Assembly (NCBI GenBank): GCA_965215015.1
Contig: OZ244042.1
Location: 1,056,001 to 1,120,000, forward strand
Direction of reading: 5' to 3'
DNA: 64,000 bases
Source: Candidatus Poribacteria bacterium
Lineage (GTDB): Bacteria; Poribacteria; WGA-4E; PCPOR2b
The position numbers and the translations under genes are program-made. The notes under the pieces are model-generated. The model was not told where the DNA came from and did no database searches. It saw only the letters and a list, made by a program, of their open reading frames with translations. Positions 20,424-30,005 of this stretch are shown piece after piece. The stretch's first letter is position 1, and each line of letters opens with the position of its first letter.

Positions 20424-20753
20424 AACGAGTCTGTGCACTTACCGAAGCAGATAAAACCACGACGAGGTTGAGGGATTCGGCCCTGATTCGACTGATGAAT
20501 GATTGCCTGTTACGAATCAGTGAAGGGGGCGCGGTAGATGCCGAGGATATCGATAGCGCATTGACAAGTGGAAGGCTTTATCTCTGGATACTCCCTTCGT
20601 GTTGGTTCCGCTGTAGCACTTGCCCAAGCAGGAACGTCCGTTGTAGATATGCAGGGTGCAGGACGATGGAAAGAATAGCGGCTGCCAGCGCATTACGCAC
20701 GGGCAGCATTGACAGAGTAAATCGCGATTGCACGCTTCAAATACAAAAAATGA
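20424..20753 (+). pseudogene. Tyrosine recombinase (Cre-like) remnant, deleted copy of 26460-27032
   Basis: LRDSALIRLMNDCLLRISE joined directly to GFISG.SLRVGS...RFKYKK; high DNA identity to the other copy. Confidence 0.88.
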
Positions 20754-20764
20754 TAGCTTCGACG

Positions 20765-20792
20765 TTGCAAACACACCATGATGTGCTATACT
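20765..20792 (+). promoter_or_regulatory. Sigma70-type promoter TTGCAA-16-TATACT with TG extension
   Basis: ttgcaa acacaccatgatgtgc tatact upstream of 20850. Confidence 0.5.
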
Positions 20793-20849
20793 ATATTCCA
20801 ATGCGTAGAGATTTGACATACTCCTCAACCTAAAGGAAAATTTGCTAAA

Positions 20850-21875
20850 ATGGACGTTCTTATTATCGGTGGCACACGATACATGGGTCGGATTGTTGTG
20901 CAGAGACTCCTTGAACGCGGAGACAAAATTACCGTTTTCTCTAGGGGAACCACCCAACCCGAATGGTGGGAGCAGATTGAACATATTCAGGGAGACCGTG
21001 AAGATCGGTCAGATTTTACCGCAAAGCTGAATGGAAAATCTTTTGATGCGGTCATTGATACGCAGGCTTACCGTAAGGAAGATGTTGAATCTGCGGTGGA
21101 GGCATTCGATGGAAACGCAGGGCGTTACGTCATAGTCAGCACCGGATCGGTATATTTGGAAGGCGCGGTAGACTTTTCTAAGTATTGCACATTCCAAGAA
21201 TCGGTTGTGGATTGGTCATCCCTTGACTATACCTACCCCGCCGGAGAAGACCCATACGGCGTCGGCAAGCGACACTGCGAAAAGTGGCTCCAAGAAAACA
21301 GCAACATTCCGTACACAATTATCCGTATTCCGGCAGTTATGGGCTGGGACGACCCGACCGGACGGATGTGGTGGTGGGTCCAGCGGGCATTGGATGGACG
21401 TGGCGTAGTTATTCCGCTAGAAGATCGTGGACTGTTCCGCACCCTATATTCCGTTGATGCTGCACAAGCTTTTATCTGTGTCCTTGATGTACCGGAGACT
21501 GCCAACCAGACATATCACATCGCCATGCAAGAGATAATGACCATTGAGCGTTGGGGGAATCTGATTTGGAGGGCAGTGGGTCACGAGTGCCAGATTACCT
21601 ACGTTCCCCGCGAAATTATCCACAAACAGCCTCACCTGAATGCCTACGCCCCGCCGATGAGTCGATCCATCTCATACATCTACAATCTGTCCAAAGCCGA
21701 GCGTGAATTCGGTTTCAGCACTACCCCTGTAGAAGAATGGATTCGGACAACCGTAGATTGGTATCGCGAGCAACACAAAGGCGATAATTCGGAGGGCTAC
21801 GAATATCGGGAGAATGAGCTAAGATTAGCAGCAAGATGGGAGACACAATTCGATCGGTTCATCTCGGAGTTCTAA
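20850..21875 (+). CDS. NAD-dependent epimerase/dehydratase family protein
   Basis: IGGTRYMG, GDRED, STGSVY, YGVGK. Confidence 0.88.
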   Translation: MDVLIIGGTRYMGRIVVQRLLERGDKITVFSRGTTQPEWWEQIEHIQGDREDRSDFTAKLNGKSFDAVIDTQAYRKEDVESAVEAFDGNAGRYVIVSTGSVYLEGAVDFSKYCTFQESVVDWSSLDYTYPAGEDPYGVGKRHCEKWLQENSNIPYTIIRIPAVMGWDDPTGRMWWWVQRALDGRGVVIPLEDRGLFRTLYSVDAAQAFICVLDVPETANQTYHIAMQEIMTIERWGNLIWRAVGHECQITYVPREIIHKQPHLNAYAPPMSRSISYIYNLSKAEREFGFSTTPVEEWIRTTVDWYREQHKGDNSEGYEYRENELRLAARWETQFDRFISEF

Positions 21876-21894
21876 TCTGACACCTCAAACCGCA

Positions 21895-21996
21895 TTAGGA
21901 TTCAAAGATTAACAGGATAAAACACCCCTCTCATTATCCTGAAAATCCTAAAATTCTGTAAATCCTGATTCAGACAATTAATCCTGTAAATCCCGA
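21895..21996. repeat. Intergenic 9-mer tandem/inverted repeats (aatcctg(a/t)aa-type)
   Basis: atcctgaaaatcctaaaattctgtaaatcctgattc...aatcctgtaaatccc with an upstream inverted aggatt/caggat arm. Confidence 0.65.
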
Positions 21997-22018
21997 TTTG
22001 ACTTTAGGAGACAGCAAA

Positions 22019-23374
22019 ATGTCAAACGTCGATGCAAAAAAAGCACTATTCCATCGCGATTTGAGTTACGATTATCCCCTAATAGTGCGCGGGGAAGGGA
22101 TCTACCTCTACGATGAAACAGGAAAAGGCTACATAGACGGTGCCGCGGGTGCAAGTAATGTGACCTTGGGACATGGCCGTCAACGTATCGCGGATGTAAT
22201 GGCAGAACAAGGCAAGACGCTCGCCTACTGCTTCGCCACCCATTTTACGACTCAACCCGCACTAGACTTAGCCGATCGGGTCGCCGCAATAGCCCCCGGC
22301 GACCTGAACCACGCCTATTTCGTTTCAGGCGGTTCAGAGGGGATTGAAACCGCGATCAAGATTGCCCGGCAGTACCATGTCCAGCGTGGGAAGGGACAGA
22401 AGCATCAAGTCATCGCCCGGTGGCGTGGCTACCACGGTGCGACGCTCGGGGCTTTGGGAGTCACAGGTACACCGGGGATGCGCGACCTTTTCGCACCCTT
22501 GCTTCCCCATTTCCCACACATCGCCCCTTGCTATCCATATCGCTGCGCGTTTGCGGGTTGTGAAGGAAAATGCAACCTGACCTGTGCCCATGAACTGGAG
22601 CAGATGATTTTGCAGACCGGGCCGGAGAATGTGGCGGCATTTGTGGCAGAACCTTTGGTGCTCGGAGGCGTTGCTGCGGCGATACCGCCCAAGGACTACT
22701 ATCCAGTCGTGCGTGAAATCTGCGATAAGTATGATGTCCTATTTATTGCGGATGAAATCATCACCGGTTTTGGGCGCAGCGGCAGATATTTCGCCATTGA
22801 GCACTGGGACGTCCTCCCGGATATGATTGTCTTTGGAAAGGCAGCGAGCAGCGGCTACGCCCCTTTGAGCGGTGTGATTATTCGGGATAGTATTCGTGAT
22901 ACCTTCGCAGCGGGCGGCACACCTTTCGCCCACGTCTTCACCTACGTCAATAATCCCATAGCCATGCGGGTTGGGTTGGAGGTGCTGGATATCATCGAAG
23001 AGGAAGGGATTCTTGAGCATACGACGCAGATGGGCGAGTATCTACTAAAAAAAGCAAGCGCGTTAGACGCCCATCCAAGCGTCGGTGAGATTCGGGGGCT
23101 CGGACTGATTCTCGGCATCGAGCTAGTACGTGACAAAGAGACGAAGGCACCCTTTCCCGCATCGCTTGGCTTTCACAAACGCCTCAACAAGATTCTACTG
23201 GATAAGGGCCTGTCCATAGGGAGTGCCGGCGGTACGGCAGATTGGAAGAACGGCGACGACCTGCGTTTTTATCCTCCGCTCATTATCACGCGCAGCCAAA
23301 TTGATGAAGTGATTGCCATCATCGATGAGGGTCTGGGACAATTGGAAGATGAGCTTTCGCGTCCCAACCGATGA
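22019..23374 (+). CDS. Class III PLP aminotransferase
   Basis: SGGSE, YHG, FIADEIITGFGRSG, FGK. Confidence 0.92.
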   Translation: MSNVDAKKALFHRDLSYDYPLIVRGEGIYLYDETGKGYIDGAAGASNVTLGHGRQRIADVMAEQGKTLAYCFATHFTTQPALDLADRVAAIAPGDLNHAYFVSGGSEGIETAIKIARQYHVQRGKGQKHQVIARWRGYHGATLGALGVTGTPGMRDLFAPLLPHFPHIAPCYPYRCAFAGCEGKCNLTCAHELEQMILQTGPENVAAFVAEPLVLGGVAAAIPPKDYYPVVREICDKYDVLFIADEIITGFGRSGRYFAIEHWDVLPDMIVFGKAASSGYAPLSGVIIRDSIRDTFAAGGTPFAHVFTYVNNPIAMRVGLEVLDIIEEEGILEHTTQMGEYLLKKASALDAHPSVGEIRGLGLILGIELVRDKETKAPFPASLGFHKRLNKILLDKGLSIGSAGGTADWKNGDDLRFYPPLIITRSQIDEVIAIIDEGLGQLEDELSRPNR

Positions 23375-23404
23375 CACCGGGATTCAAAAGGACATGTTGT
23401 GAAG

Positions 23405-23447
23405 CACAAAAAAGCGGTCCCCTGCATCACATGGGGAGACCGCTTTT
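23405..23447. terminator. Bidirectional intrinsic terminator inside the module repeat (also at ~18858-18898 and ~24850-24892)
   Basis: aaaaaagcggtcccc...ggggagaccgctttt hairpin between convergent genes. Confidence 0.75.
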
Positions 23448-23470
23448 CTTATTGAGACCGTGTTGCCGTG

Positions 23471-24484
23471 CTACTGTGTCGATGACTCAACCTCATCTGG
23501 CCTCTCACGGGCAGGCACCTTATTCTCCCCCTGCTTGCGGGGGGATATAGGGGGGTGCCGCTCAAATTGCCGGGCCGCTTCTGGATCCATCTCCCTGAAA
23601 CGGCGGAGCCCTTCCTCCGCACCGTATTGGTTAATTAACTGTTGTGCCTTCTCTTGTTGCTCTGGGGACATCCCCTCCCAGCCGCGCACTTCATGGCCTT
23701 CCACTGGTAGCGTTTCATGTACACGCTCAACCTCGTCAGTCCCGGGTGCTTTATCAACCGGGATTTTCGGCGCATTTATTACAGGGAAGACTCCAGAATC
23801 CGCAGGGGAATCCTCAAAGCTACCGGCTCCCGCAGCACTGTCGCTCCGCATCGGTGCAGGGAGCGGATCGACCCGGGCGTTTACAAACGAACTTGGAATT
23901 AAGCCCTCTGCGATTAACCTGCCCACATCTTCGATGGGGACATCATACATTGAACTCAAATGAATTTTATTTATGTACGAATCCGCAGTTTCCCCTTCTG
24001 GAACATCATACATTACCCCATCTATCAGCACCCTCGTCATAACAGGCCAAGCCTCGGGAGGAGGTACAAAGTCCCCAGGTTTAAGTTTTGAATGCCAATA
24101 TATCTTATGTACCTGCCCGTCAGGGCCTTCAATGAGCTGCGGCACCAAATCCTTCACATAATATGTTTCAGTACTCACAAGTTGGGCATCCCTATCGTCA
24201 TCCGGGTTCGACGACACCTGTGCATACTGGATCTTTACAGGCTTACCAGTCGCTGCGCTAAAAGGTTCTCCCTTAGGGGACTTCGAGGCAGCCGCTTGTA
24301 ATTGTTCCTCTTTATCAAGGGAATGTTGAGAAATCTTAGGGTCCAAAAATATCTTCCCAAACGCAACATGGTCTCTTAGTAATTCCCTTAATTCAAGGTG
24401 ATTTTTGTAAACCCAGTATCCTACGACAACAAGAAACAGCACCATCAATGCAACGGTGCAACGGAAAAAACGGCGATTAAACAT
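23471..24484 (-). CDS. Membrane-anchored hypothetical protein, module partner B
   Basis: MFNRRFF plus TM; C-terminus QQLINQYGAEEGLRRFREMDPEAARQFERHPPISPRKQGENKVPARERPDEVESSTQ. Confidence 0.85.
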   Translation of the reverse strand: MFNRRFFRCTVALMVLFLVVVGYWVYKNHLELRELLRDHVAFGKIFLDPKISQHSLDKEEQLQAAASKSPKGEPFSAATGKPVKIQYAQVSSNPDDDRDAQLVSTETYYVKDLVPQLIEGPDGQVHKIYWHSKLKPGDFVPPPEAWPVMTRVLIDGVMYDVPEGETADSYINKIHLSSMYDVPIEDVGRLIAEGLIPSSFVNARVDPLPAPMRSDSAAGAGSFEDSPADSGVFPVINAPKIPVDKAPGTDEVERVHETLPVEGHEVRGWEGMSPEQQEKAQQLINQYGAEEGLRRFREMDPEAARQFERHPPISPRKQGENKVPARERPDEVESSTQ

Positions 24485-24830
24485 GATAATCTCCTAAGAA
24501 ACGAATAAAGTGTTTGTCCATTCGGGCATACTTAGGGCCATTAGAGCAGTGGCTGTTATTACAACGGGTACCCCACATAATATCAGTCCAATCGCCGGTA
24601 AAGGTTCTCCAGAACTTCCACTCTGAAAACCCAGTCGACTTCCAAGCCCCATTACGGTACACCTGATAGTTGTATCTTTTGTTGACGGTATAGGTGTACT
24701 TGTAACGCCAACCGGATATAATGCCTGAACTACACGCGTGGCAAGACTTAGCATAACTCTTAATGTCGTATGATTGAACTGAGAATTGCACTTCCGGAAT
24801 CGTGCGAGTATCACCTTCGCTTGGACCGTT
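24477..24830 (-). pseudogene. Small Cys-containing aromatic/basic peptide gene B, apparently 5'-truncated
   Basis: Frame open to 24830: NGPSEGDTRTIPEVQF...SCHAC...RCNNSHC...; stop overlaps the partner ATG; begins right at the repeat edge. Confidence 0.6.
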
Positions 24831-24915
24831 TTAAGGACATGTTGTGAAGCACAAAAAAGCGGGCCCCTACATCACATGGAGCGACCGCTTTTCTTATTGA
24901 GACCGTGTTGCCTTG

Positions 24916-26040
24916 CTACTGTGTCGATGACTCAACCTCATCTGGCCTCTCACGGGCAGGCTTCTTATTCTCCCCCTGCTTGCGGGGGGATATAGGGGGG
25001 TGCCGCTCAAATTGCCGGGCCGCTTCTGGATCCATCTCCCTGAAACGGCGGAGCCCTTCCTCCGAACCGTATTGGTCAATCAACTGTTGTGCCGTATTAA
25101 AACGCTCTGACGATAACCGTTCCTTGAGTTGCGTTTCAAGGCTTTCAACGACTGGCGGTTCGTGTACATGCCCATCCTCGTGGTGGACGTGTGCGGCATT
25201 GACCGGGGCGGACGGTGTCTCCGTTACGGGTGAGGCTTCGGAACGGACAGGCACCTCACCGCGCTCCCTCGCAGAAACAGGGACTGTTGCATCACTAATC
25301 TGTTGCTGATACTCGCCCTCGCCGGTGGATGTCTGTTTCCCACGGTTGATGAGGTGCCCCTCGCCCCTTACCTCAAGAAACGCGTTAATCATCCTTTCAT
25401 CCTCTGGTGTTAGAGATGCAGATTCTATTATAAGCTCCCCTGACGCTAGACGCCGTTCAAGTTCTTCTATTGAGATTCCCAGTGTTTTAGCGTCAATTAA
25501 TTTCTCAACGTACGCCTCTCTCTCTGTTTCAGAGATATAATCGGGGATCTCTGAAGCTTCTATAGTATGCCAACCTTCCATTGGATTCTCTAGAATATTA
25601 TCTTCTCGTATAGGAAGTGGCGGGGGGATAGCATCCCCCTTTTTGAGCAGCTTGTCAGGCGTTGTGTACACTACCCGGACGGTGCCATCAGGGGTTTCAA
25701 CGAATTGTGGCACCAGCGGTTGCCCCTCACCGCGGATGACAGGGTAGCCTTTGGGGGACGGTTCACCGATTTCGCTCGCTTCTGCATACTGTACCCGCAC
25801 CGGCAGTTGGTCTAATAGATTGGGCACGTCATTCTCACGATTTTCACCCGCACGTCTCGAATTCCTTTCTGCTATGTGAGAGGCATCTTTATTAAGCCCC
25901 TCCTGAAACGCCTTAGATTCCGAGATAAAACGCTTAAACTGGCTATGATTTTGGTAAGCTCTATAGCCTACATAACAGAGGGAAATTAACGTAACAGTAC
26001 AAACACCAACAATATAGGGACTGAAACGACGTCTAAACAT
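24916..26040 (-). CDS. Membrane-anchored hypothetical protein, module partner A (paralog of 23471-24484)
   Basis: AAGGAGG RBS, MFRRRFS plus TM; shared PVxxQYA, LVPQ..E.PDG.V, GD..PPP motifs and near-identical C-terminus. Confidence 0.85.
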   Translation of the reverse strand: MFRRRFSPYIVGVCTVTLISLCYVGYRAYQNHSQFKRFISESKAFQEGLNKDASHIAERNSRRAGENRENDVPNLLDQLPVRVQYAEASEIGEPSPKGYPVIRGEGQPLVPQFVETPDGTVRVVYTTPDKLLKKGDAIPPPLPIREDNILENPMEGWHTIEASEIPDYISETEREAYVEKLIDAKTLGISIEELERRLASGELIIESASLTPEDERMINAFLEVRGEGHLINRGKQTSTGEGEYQQQISDATVPVSARERGEVPVRSEASPVTETPSAPVNAAHVHHEDGHVHEPPVVESLETQLKERLSSERFNTAQQLIDQYGSEEGLRRFREMDPEAARQFERHPPISPRKQGENKKPARERPDEVESSTQ

Positions 26041-26144
26041 CAGATTGACCTCCTTAGCTATAAAAAAATAACCGTTTTTTGGACAACCCATTTACCAGAT
26101 ATTACACAGAATCTCTGGCAATCAACATGCCAACAATATAGGTT

Positions 26145-26178
26145 CAGTAGGGACAGGTTGGAAATCCGGCCCCTACTG
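26145..26178. repeat. GTAG-type REP hairpin
   Basis: cagtagggacaggttggaaatccggcccctactg. Confidence 0.65.
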
Positions 26179-26206
26179 AAAATCGCCCAACACGGTGTGG
26201 ATAGAC

Positions 26207-26458
26207 TTACCCGCCATTGAGACCTGGACAGGAAAGACCATGAACGCTACAGATATAGCGATAACTATTCGTTCTTACGATGCGCCTGCTCACCTCTCTG
26301 GTTGAGACATTTCTCCAGTGGGGATTGCCATTTTCATGGTAATAATAAACGCGTACCTGTTTATAGCGAGTGTAGATTCTCCATTTTTCTTCGACTTTTA
26401 CGCTACCACCGCTACCGTTAGGGCATGAACCCCCATTATAGCTATAAAAGGTCCAAAC
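26207..26458 (-). pseudogene. Small Cys-containing aromatic/basic peptide gene A, 5'-truncated (absent from ORF track)
   Basis: Manual translation: VWTFYSYNGGSCPNGSGGSVKVEEKWRIYTRYKQVRVYYYHENGNPHWRNVSTREVSRRIVRTNSYRYICSVHGLSCPGLNGG*; no start codon at the 5' end. Confidence 0.55.
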
Positions 26459-26459
26459 T

Positions 26460-27032
26460 CAGGTGGATGGCATAACCTGGGACGAGGTAGAACGAGTCTG
26501 TGCACTTGCCGAAGTGGATAAAACCACAACAGGGTTAAGGGATTCGGCACTGATTCGACTGATGAGTGATTGCCTGTTACGAATCAGTGAAGGGGTCGCG
26601 GTAGATGCCGAGGATATCGATAGCGTGTTGACCATTCATCAATCAAAGACTGACCACGAATGGGAAGGTACAACGCTGTATGTTGGCGATCCCACACGGG
26701 AGGTGATAAATCGGTATTGTGAAGCAGGAAACATCACCTCAGGCCCCCTCTTTCGGCGGATTCGTCGGGGGGACAATATAACCCACAGCAGACTGAGTGT
26801 AGGCGGTGCAAGAAACGCTATTAAGTGCCGGGCACGCGCAGCGGGTGTGGAAGGCTTTATCTCTGGTCACTCCCTTCGTGTTGGTTCCGCTGTAGCACTT
26901 GCCCAAGCGGGAGCGTCCGTTGTAGATACGCAGGTTGCAGGCCGATGGAAAGAATCGCGGATGCCAGCGTGTTACGCACGGGCAGAATTGACAGACCAAA
27001 CCGCGATTGCACGCTTCAAATACAAAAAATGA
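26460..27032 (+). mobile_element. Cre-like tyrosine recombinase catalytic domain (N-terminally truncated)
   Basis: LLRISE (R), SKTD (K), GHSLRVG (H-x-x-R), GRW, CY (Y); core-binding domain absent. Confidence 0.88.
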
Positions 27033-27238
27033 TAACATCACGCGCAGCCAAATTGACGAGGTGATCATCATCATCTATGAAGGTCTGGGACGATTGAAAG
27101 ACAAGCTAAAGCGCGAAGGACTGGGGAAAATAGAACGCAAAGTTCCAGAGTCACAAAGGAAAGTTTTTTAATATTTTCGCAGCAGCCCAAACTTTGCGTC
27201 TTTGCACCCTTGCGTTCTATTTTTCTTGCTGCGCGTCC

Positions 27239-27979
27239 TTACCCGAATAGTGGGTTAGTTGTCCCGAATGCGTCTACTGCCGTCCCCGTAACCGCTGAAC
27301 TCATATCTGAGGCTAGGAAAACCGCGAGTGCTGCAATCTCTTCGGGCAGCATCAACTTCGGATTCTCTTCCCTGCCCCCGCTCCCGAATGCCTCGCGAAA
27401 ACCTTCCGTGTCAACCCCGCCGGGGCAGATGCAATTGACATCAATGCCGTGCTGCTTGACCTCGGCTGCGACGCTTTCCGTTAGACTGATCAGCGCGGCT
27501 TTGGTTACCCGATAGGCGGTACGACCCTTGCCCCCTTTTCGCCCACCAATGCTTGAGATGTTGATGATTTTCCCATATCGGTTTTCAATCATACTCGGCA
27601 GCGCGAACTTTGTGAGCAACGCAGCGGCGGTTAGGTTCACATCCATGACCTGCCTCCACAGATTAGCGTCCAAGTCCACCAGATCTATGGGCGGGTGGAT
27701 GATGGCAGCGTTGTTGACCAAGATATCAATCCCTCCAAACTTCGCGGTCGTTTCATCTACGATGCGTCGGATGTCTCGCTCAACGCTTAAATCTGCTGTC
27801 ACCGCTAATCCCATCGAGCCTGCCTCCTTGACCTGACCAACAACCGTTTCAATCGCCTCCGTCGTGCGAGCAGTAGCAACGACGTTAGCACCTTCCCGAC
27901 CGAATGCGAGTGCAATCGCTCTTCCAATCCCTTGGCTCGCACCGGTGACAATGGCAGTTCTATTCTCAAGTTGTCCCAT
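27239..27979 (-). CDS. SDR family oxidoreductase
   Basis: TGASQGIG, NNAA, YRVTK. Confidence 0.92.
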   Translation of the reverse strand: MGQLENRTAIVTGASQGIGRAIALAFGREGANVVATARTTEAIETVVGQVKEAGSMGLAVTADLSVERDIRRIVDETTAKFGGIDILVNNAAIIHPPIDLVDLDANLWRQVMDVNLTAAALLTKFALPSMIENRYGKIINISSIGGRKGGKGRTAYRVTKAALISLTESVAAEVKQHGIDVNCICPGGVDTEGFREAFGSGGREENPKLMLPEEIAALAVFLASDMSSAVTGTAVDAFGTTNPLFG

Positions 27980-28000
27980 TAATTGCTCCTTTCAAACCTA

Positions 28001-28830
28001 CTATCGCGCAGTCAAATCGTCCCCTAAGTCATGGGTATCGAACTGTCTCGACTCTATGCAGACGGCCATCACAAGTATTTCCAAATCCTCTTGCGTGTAA
28101 TTGTAGATACCGTGCGACCCACCTAGCTTATTCGGGATGGCGTCGCCCACATGTACCTTCTCTGTTTCACCGTCCACCGTCATTTGACCGCCGCCTGTCA
28201 TGATGATATAGGTCTCCTCTATCACCTCGTGGCGGTGATAGCCGACCAATACGCCGGGGGGCACCATGCAAAGAGCAACGAATCCCCAATTTGTTTGGAA
28301 ATCCTGATGTCCCCAAACCTGCCTCACGTCTACCGCCCCTTTGCTTCCGCGGACGTTTGGGGTAAACGTCAACAAATTGTGGTCAAGCCGCCCAACGGAA
28401 AACCTATCGGCCTTCTCCAACGGCGCCCCGACACGGCTTCCCCCAAAGTCTGTGCAGTTATATCCGTCCCCCGTATTTACGACACAGAAATTTATGAACC
28501 GCGTCTCTTTGTTTATATGATTGTAAATTGCGTGCGATTCTCCCTTCCGGCAAGGCACAGTCGCCCCCCCAACCATTCCTGCCGTTCGACAACTGCGCTG
28601 CGTTGTTCAGAATCGTGAACATTTCCTCTCACTCATCGTGGCGGTGATGACCAATCCCGCCGCCGGGCGGCAGAATCGCGAAATGGATAAACCACCTCGG
28701 CGTCTGAAAATCCCTCTCGCCCCGGAAGAGCTTCTTAAATCAAAATATGACCTGCCCCGCCATGGACACCTTCTGACGCACTCAATTCATCTCGATGCAC
28801 ATGGGCAATGCACATGGCTATTCCTCTCTT
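28001..28830 (-). pseudogene. Degraded bicupin protein
   Basis: Intact C-terminal cupin (GYHRHEVIEE...GGSHG); upstream fragments (LPPGGGIGHHRHDE*EEMF) carry stops and frameshifts. Confidence 0.7.
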
Positions 28831-29063
28831 GTACCGTATTGAAATTTGGAAGCCGCTCGCTGCAACCCTCAAAGCTAACCGAGCGGTATCTTACCACGTT
28901 TGGAATCGCAACTCAACAAAATTTGTGCGTGCAGATGAGGATTCTCAACCGGTATCAAATCGCTTGTGATACGGGTATCAAGCGAAAAGTCCATCCATTT
29001 GCTTTTGGGCTTGACGGTGTGAATCTACCGTGCTAAACTCGACAATAACGCGAAAACTTATAC

Positions 29064-29180
29064 TGTAGTTGCCTGACTTATCAGGCACCCTAGTTGCCAA
29101 ATTTATCGGGCGTTGAGGGGGCATATTCTCCGGCGATGAATTGCCGAACCACCGATTAGCGATAAATCGCTGAACTACAG
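29064..29180. repeat. GTAG-type REP cluster
   Basis: gtagttgcctgactttatcaggc, tagttgccaaatttatcgggc ... gataaatcgctgaactac. Confidence 0.65.
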
Positions 29181-29201
29181 TGCTTTGAGGAGGACAGCGT
29201 T

Positions 29202-30005
29202 ATGGATAACCTTGAATTGCAGCAGTATTTGTTTGATTTACAAGGCTACTTGGTGATTGAAAATGTCTTGGATCCAGAAGAGCTTGCAATACTCAACCAG
29301 TTGATTGACCAACAAGAACTGCCCACACCGGGAAAGGTTCAAAGATTTGGCAGTGCGCCAGATGGATCAGGATTTCTCGACTGGGGACAACCGTTCTGTG
29401 AGCTACTGACCCATCAAGCGGTTATGCCGATCCTTCGGTTTAGACTGGGCGACTGCTTCCGTCTCGATCGGATTTATGGGATGTATATGCGTGAGGGAAT
29501 GCCAAGAGGGCGGTTGCATGCTGATTACGGTGCTACCTCTCCAACCTCTGGTTCTCGACCGGGAGAATACTTTCCTTTCCGCGATAACCAAGTCCCTAAC
29601 GGATTTGTCGTGGTAACATGGGTACTATCCGATACAGGGCCCGATCACGGTGGGTTTTGCTGTACCCCCGGCAGCCACAAAAGCAACTTTAAGTTACCGC
29701 CACAGATAGATCAGGCACCTGAAGAGGCACCGTGCGTGATTATCCCCAACGCACCAGCCGGTTCGGTGATCCTATTCACCGAAGCACTGACGCACGGAAC
29801 AGCAGCGTGGCGTGGTAAACACGAGAGACGGTCCCTGCTGTATAAATATTGTGTGTCACACATGGTGTGGCTCTCCCGCCGCGTACAACCACCGGCGAAT
29901 GTGGAACTAACCCCCCGTCAGGAGATTCTCTTTGGTGAGCCCGGAGATCCGCATCGCCACTTCCCATCGCTATTTGAAGGGTTTGAAAGCGAGCAGGTTG
30001 TATGA
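29202..30005 (+). CDS. PhyH family dioxygenase
   Basis: YLFDLQGY, LHAD, PGSHKS, LTHG, LLYKY. Confidence 0.9.
   Translation: MDNLELQQYLFDLQGYLVIENVLDPEELAILNQLIDQQELPTPGKVQRFGSAPDGSGFLDWGQPFCELLTHQAVMPILRFRLGDCFRLDRIYGMYMREGMPRGRLHADYGATSPTSGSRPGEYFPFRDNQVPNGFVVVTWVLSDTGPDHGGFCCTPGSHKSNFKLPPQIDQAPEEAPCVIIPNAPAGSVILFTEALTHGTAAWRGKHERRSLLYKYCVSHMVWLSRRVQPPANVELTPRQEILFGEPGDPHRHFPSLFEGFESEQVV

Noticed and set aside
23388-25238. CRISPR array or integron attC array
   Set aside because: Repeats are ~250-400 bp and largely coding; there are no short spacers, cas genes or attC boxes, and the recombinase is Cre-like rather than IntI.
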